Source: Amoebophrya sp. A120 (taxonomy: Eukaryota > Protista > Dinoflagellata). Taken from it: DNA of 64,000 bases. The translations under genes were made by a program, and so were the position numbers. Where the stretch lies: positions 333,309 through 397,308 of the forward strand of contig CAJINV010000015.1 of the NCBI GenBank assembly GCA_905178155.1. The letters run 5' to 3'. Positions within the stretch are counted from its first letter, which is position 1. Each line of letters starts with the position of its first letter. The notes beneath the pieces were generated by a model. The model was not told the DNA's origin, ran no database searches, and saw nothing but the letters and a program-made list of their open reading frames with translations. Below are positions 37,096-49,900 of this stretch, one piece after another.

Positions 37096-38860
37096 CGCGA
37101 AGGGACGAAGGGACAAGCAAAAGGGACACGTGCTCTCATGCATTTCCTGAAAAGGGACAAGGGACAAGGGACAATGACCACGTGGATATCATCCATTTCC
37201 TGAAAAGGGACAAGGGACAAGGGACAATGACCGCTTGTGTATCATCCATTTCCTGGAAAGGGACAAGGGACAATGACCGCCTGTGTATCCTCCATTTCCT
37301 GAAAAGGGACAAGGGACAAGGGACAATGACCGCTTGTGTGTCCTCCATTTCCTGAAAAGGGACAAGGGACAATGACCGCTTGCGTATCCTCCATTTCCTG
37401 AAAAGGGACAAGGGACAAGGGACGATGCCCGCTTGTGAATCCTGCATTTTCCGAAAAGGGACAAGGGACAAGGGCCGCTTGTATATCCTCCATGTTCCGA
37501 AAAGGGACAAGGGACAAGGGACAAGGGCCGCTGGTATCTCCTCCATTTTCCGGAAAGGGACAAGGGACAAGGGACAATGGCCGCACGTATATCCTTGAAG
37601 TTCCCAAAAGGGACAAGGGACAAGGGACACATGTATGCCATCCGATACCCGAAAAGGGACAAGGGACAAGGGAAAGCGTTTATATTCTCCAAGATCCGAA
37701 AAGGGACAAGGGACAAGGGACGCCGTTACACTCTCCGATACCCGAAAAGGGACAAGGGACACGGGGCGCATGCATTTCCCCCATTTCCCGAAAAGCGACA
37801 AGGGGCAAGGGGCACCTGCCGCCCTTCATTTGCCCAAAAGGGGCAAGGGACGTGGGACCCCAGGCAGCCTCCATTTACCTTAAAGGGACAAAGGACAAGG
37901 GACGTGCGACCCGAAGGAGCCGAAGCCGCTAAATTGGAAGAGATCCCGGCGACATGCCCTGCACCGCCACCTCCCCAGGTAGACCCGCGCCATTCCCGCC
38001 GTCTCTGTCTCCTCTCGTTCTCTTTCTCCCGTCGCCTGGTCCCTTCGCTTTTCCCCTCGCACCCGTCCCCCCCCTCATTTGTCTCTCCCTCCCTTTGTCC
38101 CTCTCTCCCTTTCGGCTGGTCCCCTGGTCCCCTCCTGGTCCCCTGCGCCCCCGGTCCCTTCTCGCCTGTCCCTTGTCCCCTGTCCCTGTGTCCCTTCTCG
38201 CCTGTCGCTTGTCCCTGTGTCCCTTCTCCCCTGTCCCTTGTCCCTGTGTCCCTTCTCGCCCGTCCCTTGTCCCTGTGTCCCTTCTCGCCTGTCCCTTCTC
38301 CCCTGTCCCTGTGTCCCTGTGTCCCTGTGTCCCTGTGTCCCTGTGTCCCTGTGTCCCTGTGTCCCTGTGTCCCTGTGTCCCTGTGTCCCTGTGTCCCTTC
38401 TCCCCTGTCCCTGCGTCCCTTCTCCCCTGTCCCTTGTCCCTGTGTCCCTTCTCGCCCGTCCCTTGTCCCTGTGTCCCTTCTCGCCTGTCCCTTGTCCCTG
38501 TGTCCCTTCTCGCCTGTCCCTTCTCCCCTGTCCCTTGTCCCTGTGTCCCTTCTCGCCCGTCCCTTGTCCCTGTGTCCCTTCTCGCCTGTCCCTTCTCCCC
38601 TGTCCCTTGTCCCTTCTCGCCTGTCCCTTCTCCCATGTCCCCGTGTCCCTTCTCGCCTGTCCCTTGTCCCTTCTCGCCTGTCCCTTGTCCCTTGTCCCTT
38701 GTCCCTTTCGCCTGTCCCTTGTCCCTTTCGCCTGTCCCTTGTCCCTTTCGCCTGTCCCTTTCTCCCTTCCCGGTCAGAACCTGGGTCGCCTCCCGGCCCC
38801 TCGGGGACCTACAGCGTGTCCCTTTTGCTTGTCCCTTCGTCCCTTCGTCCCTTCGCGAGA
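37096..38860. repeat. AGGGACA heptamer arrays (37150-37900) facing TGTCCCT arrays (38090-38760), bounded by an inner inverted repeat (37096-37130 / 38815-38857)
   Basis: direct reading. Confidence 0.9.
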
Positions 38861-41800
38861 AGGGACAAGGGACCTTTTCGCCGCTTTCGTCGCTTCAAAG
38901 CCGACCTTTGTCCCTTGTCCCTCTTCCGGACCAAAAAAAGGGACAAGGGACAAGGGACCCCCCCACAGCTAAGTATACCCTTGCGACAAAAAAATCGAGC
39001 ATAGGCTCGTGATTCAGGCAAAGAAAATGCGAAAATTGCAATAGAGAGCCAAAAGTCAAACAAAAAGTTGCTTATTAAAACACTGTTGTGTGACACTTGT
39101 TGATTCTTTTTCACAAACAAAATCGGACTTGAGCCCGGTGCCGGACTGGAGCACGGAGCTGGCGGAAGAATTAGTTCTGGAAAATGTTGTACTGCGCCGC
39201 GGGAATCATGATTCGTAGATGAATCGGGTTCAAGACGAGAAGGATTACCTATGTTCAGTCCTGCACCGCAATAGTTGACCACAACGCGGTCGTCGGAACA
39301 AGGGGGATCGCTATGTACTTGTTCGTCGAAGCAGCGCGATAGACCCTCAGAGTGCTCGACAGGGTGGGATACACGTCGTTGCAAGCGCTGCCCTCGTCTA
39401 ACAGGATCACCAGCGACGTTCATGTGGTCCTCCTCCCGCAGGTCAGTGATATCAACATGTTGACCATTGTCACCTACACGACAAAACAAATCCTCTGCAG
39501 CGTCGATCATTCCTCCCACACGCGGAACAACCCTCCTTTGCTCCATCCGCGCTGCAGTGGGGTCCTGGAAGGCGTGCATGAAAAAGCGAGCACAATGCTC
39601 AAGTTTTTTGCAAAAGTTCTTCGCATTTCTGCAGGGGTTTGTTGTACAACTTCTGCCGGAGATTGTTCTGTGTCGGCCGGAAGAATCATCTTCATCTTCA
39701 GTAAGAACAAACCGTGTTGTTGTATCATGATCCTCTAAATCCCTTCTAGCCGAAGACGGGCTGCGGGACGACACGCCAGATGAACTTCGTCGCCGATACG
39801 CAGAAGTAGCCCCAAGAACTGCACCTCCCGCATGCGAAGTTTGGTGTTCTCGTCGCTGCCGACCGGCTCTTGCGTGCAGATTTTGTTGCACGGAAGATGA
39901 ACCACGTCGATACTGACTGCATCTCCCCGACGGTAACGTGGAAAACACCGGCACAATGTGCTGCAAATTTTCCTCGTTAGAATTTTGGCCTGCTCCAGCA
40001 GCAGCAGTTCTTCTTTGTGCTTCCACCTGGTCGCCGTCCTTTCGTTCTTGCTGCACGGTGGTCCTCGGCTGACCATGTTGCTGCTCAACACCACGGGTGG
40101 TCTTCAGAGGACCATTTTTACGACCCGCAGAAGTAGTAGAACAACTACCACTCACACAACAACTCTGGCCACGATCATTCTCCTGCTGCTCCCTTGTGGT
40201 CACCAGCCGCTCCTGGTACTGCTGAAGATGCGTCATGTATCGCACGAAAAAACTGTTTCACTGTGGTGATTTAGCAAAATCTGCATCACAAGTTTGTGAC
40301 GCGTGACACTGAAAGTCTGTCATGCGAGGTTCCTAAGGGAAAACACAGCTACAAATCCACTGTCTTGCACGTGTGGCATGACACACACTTCTGCGTTCCA
40401 TTTTCTGCATCACAAGTTCACAGTGAAACAGTTTTTTCTTGCGATATCATGGCATGCCCGATCACGGCGCGCCGGATTGTCGCCGTGCTCGGAAGTAGTG
40501 GCGAAAATGAGGATATGGAATTTGTTGAACGGCCGCTGCGAGACACCACCGGCGGACGAGACGAAGAAGCAGGTGCGGTCCTTGTAGATGTTTCCATAGA
40601 TGATTTTGCACCACGTAGCTTCGTCCCGCTACTACTACAACCACCTGCCTTCGACGACGCTGCTACCGCCCCGCCCCACCGATCCGGGGGCGGGGAGCTG
40701 CTTGTTGTCTTCATCCCTTCTTTCGAGGTTTTTCTGTTCCTTGGGGTTTTGCTTGAAGATAATATTGTTCCCTGCCCCGAACTACAACTAGAGCTTCGGT
40801 GAACGACGACCGCAAGTGCGCTCGACGAACTCGTTGCAGCTGTATTTCCAGCTGGGGGCGATTTCGCCCGGGCGCTGAGATAGCCTTCCACAATATTCGC
40901 GCGAAACATCTCGCGGAGTTTTTGGGTCCCAGGAGATACCTGGCGGGAGAAGGTGGAGAGGGCTTGCTGGGCCTCGGAGGAACCGCTACATGGGAGAGGA
41001 CCGCGGGCTTCGGCTTCGCCTAGGTGATCTGGTAGTAGATTACCATCCTCTACCTCGGAAAGGGTTAATGTTGACGATGATTCATCACGTTCGGCGCCCT
41101 CCAGGCTTCCTGCTCGAACTTCCGGTGTCGAAGTTTGTTCGGCAACGGGGGTACAGCACGTGCTACTAATGCTCTTATCAACACGTTTCATCGCGTTCGC
41201 CTTCTCTGTGGTCTTACCTCGTTGCACCAACAAGGATTGCGAATTCCTGCTCTTGATGCTTTTTCGCTCGCGCAAGCCCTCGTCTGTTCTTGATGGTATA
41301 ATTGAGACGGCCCGTTCCACCTGCGCTTGGCTTTCCTTGCTTGCGGAAGAAGCTTTTTGATGTACACCTTCTACTACCGATGGATCATGCGAAGTAGATC
41401 TACTTCCATCTTGACCCGGTGATGACGGTATCATGTGACCCACCTTATGAGGATCAGGATGAGCAGTAGTAGCTTGTTCCCGCTCATGTTGCAAGCGGAG
41501 CTGCTGCTGTTGCGCACCTCCTCGTCCTGCTGGAGCGGCTGTCTCTGCCGCGGCCCGTTCAGAGGAAGATGAAACCGACGCCGGCGATGCAGATGATGTT
41601 GGCGATAACGGTAGTACTAGAGAGCCCACCCCAGACGTCGCATTTTTGCTGTTCGATAAAATCCGCTGCACGCTGGGTTGCTCCAACAAATCCTCCAGAA
41701 AATCAACCGACGAGCGATCATCGTCTTCAGTATCTGTGGGATCATCATTCCGGCTCGTATCTTCAGAAGGCTCGTCATCATCATTCTCTTGATGTTGTAT

Positions 41801-42553
41801 GTGAGCCGAGGAAGACAAGCCTTGTTTTGATCCACTATCGCGCCGTCGGAGAACAGAACTCCGACTGTCCTCCCGCCCGTCGTTCTCCGACACACTGCTC
41901 AGCCCCTGTTCCAAGTCTAACTGCACGAGATCAAGATCTTCATGCGTTCGTCCCGCGGAACCGCGCAGCTGCAAATCGAATGATCGTAGGGGTGCAAAGT
42001 CGCTGTCATACTGTTCATCAGGCGCAGCGCTTCTACCTCTCCTGGTTGAAAATGTTCCAGACGGCGACCCACTAGGAGGACTCCGACTACCATCCTCCTC
42101 ACTGGGGCTGCGACTATGATCGGAGTCAAACGACCCGCCCCCATCCCACGACGGAAATCCGCCGCCGCGTCTAGAAGTTGTACCAGTATTTAGAAGTGCC
42201 CCGCGCGGACTCGATGCACCGCCGAGTTTCAGAATTCCGGTCAGACAGGCGGAGGCGGTGAAGAGGGATGTAGTTGCTCTTGAGGGAGTTGTTGTACTTC
42301 TAGTACGTGTAGTGAAGGAGTTGTGCCGGTGCTCGTTGTGGTGCCGCTCCGCTTCTCGAACTTGCTGTGCAATTTCCACCCCTGCTTCGTCGACACGCGA
42401 CAGTAGGAATTCAAGTCGTGCAGGAACAGGCGGTAGCGCCCACACGATAAAATAAGCTTTTGCTATTGACAAAAAAAACTTCATCTTCGTGTTGAAAATC
42501 TGGTGCGATTTGCAGACGAAAGTTGCAGTAGAAGTATGATCTTGCAATTTCAT
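38809..42553 (-). CDS. Gene 4: low-complexity Ser-rich hypothetical protein with hydrophobic N-terminal segment; one introner; ORF reads into the TIR at 38977, so the true 3' end is uncertain
   Basis: 711-aa and 478-aa ORFs join in frame (GHAM|THLQQY) after removing 40238-40446 plus 5 nt. Confidence 0.65.
40238..40446. mobile_element. introner family H
   Basis: TIR; DR tcatg; in-frame junction. Confidence 0.9.
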
Positions 42554-43951
42554 GAAGATAAAATGTATTCTCGAGGCAGACGATGCAAAAGCAAAAAATT
42601 ATCAACTAAAAAACGGCTACAGGATGCAAGTCGTAGCAGTTGTGTTGTATGAGTATGATCATATCGCGCATAAAAGCACTACTACAACAGCTCCTACGAT
42701 TCGCTGGTGTGGTCATTGAGAGTGTTAGTTCGTGTTGTATGAATATAATAATTCGCTGTGCCTTTTGCTATACCACGGACGAGATCCGGCACAAAAATCG
42801 AAATCCATATTCGGAACTACCGCCGTTATTCACAAGAGTGACCAGATGTGATCTACTTCACAAAAAAGGAAACATTCGAACAGATAAATGCAAACCCACA
42901 CACACAACCAAATCAGGTGATCTACTTCCGAGTCAGAACATGCGAAACTACGCACAACTAGACCTAGAGCAAGCCACGGTACGTATAGGGTTTAGAGCGC
43001 CTCGTGCGTGTATCTCGCGAGCAAATTTTTCGCCTTTTTTTTGAAATTTGCGAGAGTCCGTCGCTGCATTTTTTCGAGGAAAAAACGAAAGCGTCCGTCT
43101 CCGCGTTTGAGGCCCGATCGTTTCAAGTTTATTCCGTGCACAGAATTCTTGTTTTCCGCCCGTGTGCTTCGAATATAAAGTTCGAACACCGGAGGTTCCA
43201 CTTAGGACCTACCTGATTCATGCTACTGGCACTAAAACCTCTTGTCGGCTGCACACCGCAGCCCAGCGTGCGCGGACCACACGGTCGTGAGCCGCATTAA
43301 TACTTCAACTTCACGCTGGGAAAAATCAAACTTGTCTTGCTCTTTGTCAAGGATATTCTCGAGTTTTTTGTCGTCTTTGCGTGGGCGGCTACTTTACTTT
43401 TTCTTGAAGGTTTTTAAAGTATTTCTTCGCTAGTAGGCCGCCAACAATGATGAATTCACAAAAAATAATTCAAGGTGAGCTATGAGGGTACAAGGGGTCC
43501 TCGTAATGGTATAGAAGATTGAGATTGACGAGGATTAGGATAAGTATCACCGAAGCATTTTTTAGATCGGGGTCATCATGCCGGCTCAAATCCCAAAGTC
43601 AACCAAAGTCAATGAATAGACTAAAAATGATCTGTAGTAGAAGTAGACACAATAAAACAACTAATAGAGTACAAAATCAGTACGAAGTTTGTTTCTGAAT
43701 GACATCACAATGAGTTTGAAAAAGCCTGCTTCTAAATTCACGATGTTTTTTCTTCGAAATTTTTTCCGAGTTGTTCCAAGACCTATAGACATGTCTGAAA
43801 GTAGTTGAAAAAAGTTGAAAAATAGTAAATCAAACTACTAGCACTGCTGTTCCATGTAGTAGTTCGTTCAATTTCGCTCACGCTCATTGTACTTATCTTA
43901 AAAAGTCGCTCCTCCAAATAGCATTTTTGTCCTCCTGCCGAAAAATGTTTT

Positions 43952-46900
43952 TTATCGCATCTGCTTTTCCAATTCCGTGACGCACCGGTGAATCCCGACG
44001 AGCCAATACTGGTCTATGGCGTTCTCAACTGTTACATCTTCAGCTGTTACATGGATTTGTGATGCAAGAATGGCAAAAATGAAAGGGGCGCCCTTGCGCG
44101 TCTTGCATGACAGATTTGGCACAGATTCTCAGCCTCTTTGGCTCTTCGAGAATCTGTCATGCGAAGCAGCTTGATCGTGTCGATTCTGATAATGTGATCT
44201 TGCATGACAAATCGTCTAACAGTTGAGAATGTAACATTTGAGAACGCCATATGGTCCTTCTGTGTCATGCCAGTACTGGACGACAGCTGTTGCTTGATCG
44301 ACTTCACGGTATTCACATCGCTTACCGATTGCGCGAGTTCGATCAGTTTTAAACCGACCTGTTCGTTCAGCTGGCCCGATTCTAACGCGTCGTAGATCGC
44401 CTGGAACCGTTTCCTCGTGTCGTCCACTACCCGCTTGGCCTATCAAATGCAAAAATGTCTGGGTCTGGATCATGCACATTTTGCATGACTCCTGATGTCT
44501 GTGATGCATGCCCTAGCATCACAGATTTTATGAGGGCTTCCTGATGCCTATAACGCATCAGAAATGCGCTCTCGCCATGACAAAAACTGGACCTCTGTTG
44601 CCGTTCATGCAATACAGATTTATTGTAGAATCCAAATCCAGCATTACAAGTTGCTATCTTCCAGACCTAGACATTTTTGCAATCCATATAGCCGGCTGGA
44701 CCTGTGCGTACTGCGAGAAAAGCTGCTCGAGGCCTTGCTTGACCGTGGAAATGTCCGCCGGAGAGGCGATCCACACGGGCTGGCCACCTGAGGTTTATAC
44801 ATAGGTGATTCTCATACTCACATCAACATTGATCACTTGTACAGAATCATCTCAAAGATCTTCAGACACAAGGATCGAAGGTGGCTTACTCCGAGTCCGA
44901 GTCGCGGCTTACTTAGGTGACGACCACCTGACATGATTCTCACACTCCGCTTTGTAGTGAGACAGGTCGTGAGGGTGAGTGGGAGCAACTCTCTGTGTGC
45001 ATCAATCTCTCTCATCTAACTAAAAGTACTCACTCTCTACTTTTCAACATCCAAATGACACATATTAACTCCAGAGTAAAGACCGACCATCCACCATCTT
45101 TTATCGCGTCAAGATAAAAAAATCTCAACTTCTCGATTCGCTCAACAAAAAATCAAACTGCAGTACCTGCCGCCGGACTCTGATCTGCCTGCGTGGCGTT
45201 CACCTGGGCGTTCAATCCGGCTGTGGCTTCGTTCGTGTGCAGAGTCGATTGCGTTGGGTTCGGGATCGGCCAAGGGGTAGGTAATCCTTCGATGACAGGC
45301 TATCCTACGCAAAAGCATCGCACTCGTAGTATTAATTGCAGTCCTGCATTACAAGTTTTTTTCTCAAGGCAAATCTGCATGACACATTCTATTTCTCATG
45401 CTGAGGAAATCTGTATTGCATTTATACGAGTACGATACTTTTGCAATGCATACAGGCTCTGCGGCGGCCATGGGAGCGGTCGACCGACCGCCTGCCACGG
45501 CCGAGCCCATGACTTGTTCTGTATGGAGTTTGTATGTTGAAAAGTGGATCTGGAAGTTTATATGTGAACTATATCAAGTGCTACTGCAGCTAGTAGTAAC
45601 CTGCATCAGCATGAGATGGGAATTATGTCTTTGACAAAACACAACATCAAAATCAATTATCACTACGTTGCTGCGGCGGTGGCCCGCCTCCTCCCATGCT
45701 CATCTGCTGTGGCTGCATCTGCGGCTGCATGTGGCCACCACCTTTCATTCCGCCCACCTGCGGACTTGCGCCGTACATGCCCCCGCCGCCCGGGGGGCCG
45801 CTCATCATGGACGTGTTGGCCGTACTGCCTCCCATCGGGCCTCCCGGAGCCGACATGGGTGTGGTATTAGTGGTCGGCGTTGCAGGTGGGGGCATTGCCA
45901 TGGGGTTGCTGATGTTCTGCATGGGCGGTTGCATCATGCTGTTTGGATTCCCCATCCTTCCCGCTTCCCCACTGTTCATCGACGGTGTCATGGTCATCGG
46001 GTTACTCGACATACCGCCCTTCATGTGACTCCCGACCGGGGGCATCTGATTGGCTTTCTGGTGCGACATGGGCTGCTGCGAAGTTGTCGGCATGGACGGA
46101 TTTCTGGCCGGGGTTTGCGGGGCTATGCCTCGGTTGGGTGGTGCAGCCGAGCCAGGTCCGCCCATCGGAGGTTGCTGCATCCCCTTTTGTATCAAATGTA
46201 AAAATGTCTGGGACTGGAAACTTGTAATGCTAAAAATGAATGATAGACGCACTGCAATACGCAGCTATGCATGACAAATTTTTTGGCTGCCATGTGTTAC
46301 GTATTCCGTGTGGCAAACTGCGTTTTTGCATGACATCAGGTAAGAAGGCTTTTTCGTGCCTATGCAACACAGATTCCCGAGTCATGCCAGACAAGCATGA
46401 CAAACTTGCATTCTTCCAGACCCAGACATTTTTACATTTCATATTTTGCGATGCCGCCATCCCGCGTTGCCCCTGTGGCCCGGTGGGGGGTAAACCGGAT
46501 TTGCCACCTGAAAAGTTTATTTGATGATGCGAAAAATTTTTGTACGAAAACTAGTTTGTAGTTCGTATAGTTCTTAGGGACCACATCAACGTTCATCTGT
46601 GCGGTATGAATGTGTGTATCTACCAGCACAACATCTTTCTTGATCAAAAGGCCAAATGCGAGCAGCACGACAGCGTGGTTAGTTTCTTTCATCTTCTTTA
46701 CGGGCGACGAGGGTCGTTGTAGAAGATTCTTGTAGATGGATCTTCTTCTTCAGCAGGTTGTGAACCGCGCATCATCTACTCTATAGCTGTTTTTACTACA
46801 CTTTCCGTCGCTGCATGTTACTTATTTTGCAGGACTAGTACAAGATCACACCCACACGTCATCAACTCGCAAGAATAGGTAAAAGCGTATTATACCAGTT

Positions 46901-49900
46901 TGCTTCCCCGCCCCTGGTCCGTACATGCCCCCTCCCATTCCCGGCGACACCTTGATCGACACCTGCTGAAACGGCATTTCCCCGGGGTGCTGGAACCCGC
47001 CCTTGTGGATTTCTTCCTGAGGTAACGCGTGAAAAATCCTGTGTCTCAGCAATGCCGAGCTCGGGTCGTTCTTCAGCCGCTGGAGCTGTCGCATGGCGCT
47101 TGTCATTCTCCCGGAATTCGCCAATAGTTCCGCGTACTGAGTGAGCTTCAAAGTGAAAAGCCCCAACTCCGTGCTGTTCGGTTGATTCTGAGCGGTATTG
47201 TTCACCACCGTATGCACTGCAAATATGTTTGGGTCTGGATAAAGAATGATGCACACATCTGTGGTCAACATGCAGTTTTTGCATCTGCAAAAAGGTCATC
47301 GATCTGAAATGCACTGTCAGAGCATGGCAAATTCTGCGAAGGTTTTGAAGCCACGACGCCGAGTCTCCTGCAGTAGTTAAAATTATGCCCTCTCGTCCAC
47401 GTCCTAGACGAGACGAAAAACGAACGGTTTTTGCTGAGGACGCAAATACATGAGATTTTTGTCTACAACAACTCCAGACTTCGGATCACAAGTTATTGGA
47501 ATCTACTAGACACTTCCAGACATCTTTCTGGACATGTTTGCAATGCGTATGCCGTTTGCGTGATGTCCTGCCACACCGTCATGCGCTCGACCAAAGCTTG
47601 GAGCGCCAAGTGCTGGCTGTTCACGGGCGAACTCGCTCCCGGGTTGCTGCTCGTCATCCCGACGCCCATACTGGACCAGTACTGGATCGTCTTCCCGAAA
47701 TTCTTCGAGCAGACGCAACACAAATATCCAGTGAGAATTTTTTTCAGTACACGACGTACAAATTCCTGCACTCGTCGGGCATGACAGAGTTGTTCTTTTG
47801 CCACGAACCTACTTCGCGATACAAGTCGAGGGTGTAATTAAAAGTTGCCGGAATTTATTGTCATGCATCTTGTAGCTGTGTACGGAAAATTTTTGTCTAG
47901 CATAATAGCACCGCGGAGCGCACGTCAAACTTTTCGTGCTCCAACCTGTCGGCGAGTTTTTCGGTTAAATACCGCCAAGCCTGTATGGAACTGCCAGGAT
48001 CGAAATTGACAAAGTCGAAAAATTTGTGATGCATAAAATGCATGACGCGGAATACGTGTGTTGCAGAGCAGGCAAGTGAGGCCGATTATAAGCCTGTTTG
48101 GGGTTATAGATCGAGCTGCTAAAGCAGCATGAGAGAATCAGCCTTCTTTGCCTAAACAGCATTACAAACTGGATTTAGGCGCCCCCAGAATTTGTCATGC
48201 GCCACTTAGAAACTGGGTTCGAACTGGAATCCATTTTATGCATGGCAAATCATTTCGATTTTGTCAACTTCGATTCTGACACTTCCATAGCCTGGTCGTG
48301 CTCCGCGTAGGTGGCAAGCAAGGCGAGCGTCTCTTTCCAGTTGTTCAGGTTGCTGTCATATGCATTGCAAATACGTCTGGGTCTGGAAGAGTACGCGACT
48401 TGTGACGCAGGACCTAGCATGACAGATTCTGTGAGATCTCTATCATGCCTATTCTGCATGAGAAACTCCCCCTCACGACCCTGGTCGAAAATGGACGGCT
48501 TTTGGTACTCATGCAAGACAGATTCTTGTATGATTCAGATGTAGCATGACAAGTTGCTATGTTCCAGACCCAGACATATTTGCAATCCATATGTCACAGA
48601 CCAGTGCTTCGAGTTGGTTCTGCACCACATTCCCAATCGTGGACAAAAACGGATCCTGCTGGCTCTGGATGTATTCGTCACGGACCTTGGCGAACAGCTC
48701 CGGCTCGGGGTACGCGATGAGGAGCGCGTCAGCAACGCGACCACACCTGGTCAATGACAATGAGGGTTGTTCTTTCGCATAAACATGATGCATAGCCGCA
48801 TCTCAAATCTCCTGAGCCGCGAGGAAAATCAACATGACAAATTGCGCTTTTGTGTTATGAAAAAATCAGACACGACCAGAATAGTTGAACGTTTTTCTTT
48901 TGTCTAGAGCACTAATAAAATACTTCAAACAAATTTCCACGGCTGCTTCCCTGCTTCCGACCAAGAAATTTTGTCGGATGAGGAGCTCCGGTCCCTGGTT
49001 CCAATGTATAAAAGTGCACTCAACTTACTACTCCCCCTGCCTCCCCTGCACATTTGTAATGCAAAAATACCAAATCCACATGTTGTCTTCAAATACTGTG
49101 CGCATGACAAATCTTCAGAAGATGTGTCATGCGAAGGCTCCACTTCATCTGCCATTGCTTGTGTTGCTGCTGAGGCATTTCAACAAATGAGGGCCGCGGG
49201 GAAGCAGCCTGGGGAGTAGTTGTGCACTGCAAGGATACAGTCCGAAGCGGAGTCGACCTTCTTTTGCTGTAGTTGGAGTTCTCTGCATTGCAAAAGTATC
49301 GTACTCGTAGTAATTGCAGGCATGCATTACAAATCTCCATCCCAAGGTAAAACAGCATGACAAATTCGATTTGTGGTCATGCTGAGCTACTTTGTAATGC
49401 AATTACTACTATATACGATGCTTTTGCACAGGATAAGTTCCTCCTCCTCCTTTTTCCTCGCCAACTGCAGATCCTCCTGTTTCTTTATCACAAGGAAAAA
49501 TGCCCCCTCCCCATATCGAAAACGAAATTTGTGATGCTGTATTTGAGTACACAAATCGACTTGTAATGCTAGAAGGCCAAGAGACGCAGCTGTGGCTTCG
49601 TTTGCAGGCAATCTGTGATGCTGTTTCCCACTTCCAGCTGCCCCCTGTCATGCTAAGATGCAAGGCTTTCCCACGCCAACCAGCACTACAGTCCGCATCT
49701 TTTCTCTTCTAGCATGACAAAGCTGATTTGTGACCACAAATCTGCATCACAAATTTCTAGTTTGAGTATGGGGTGGGGGGATTTTTCATTTGATATTCTT
49801 CTGCGCCTCCTTCTGGGCCATGGTGCTGAAAAAGTCTTTATGAAATGTAAAAATATCTGGGTCTGGAAGAATGCAAGATTTGTCATGCATATTTCTCACG

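Larger units (their letters stand above)
33916..38977. mobile_element. non-autonomous foldback-like TIR element (5.06 kb), ~120-bp TIRs TATACTTAGCTGTGGGGGGGTCCC
   Basis: 33916-~34036 is the reverse complement of ~38857-38977; interior made of repeats. Confidence 0.9.

Noticed and set aside
37140-37800. Repeat-spacer pattern resembling a CRISPR array
   Set aside because: The 'spacers' are similar to each other (diverging tandem units), repeat length varies, no cas genes, eukaryotic context.
37136-39012. Long Pro/Cys/Ser or Gly/Thr/Arg-rich ORFs
   Set aside because: Translations of AGGGACA/TGTCCCT arrays.
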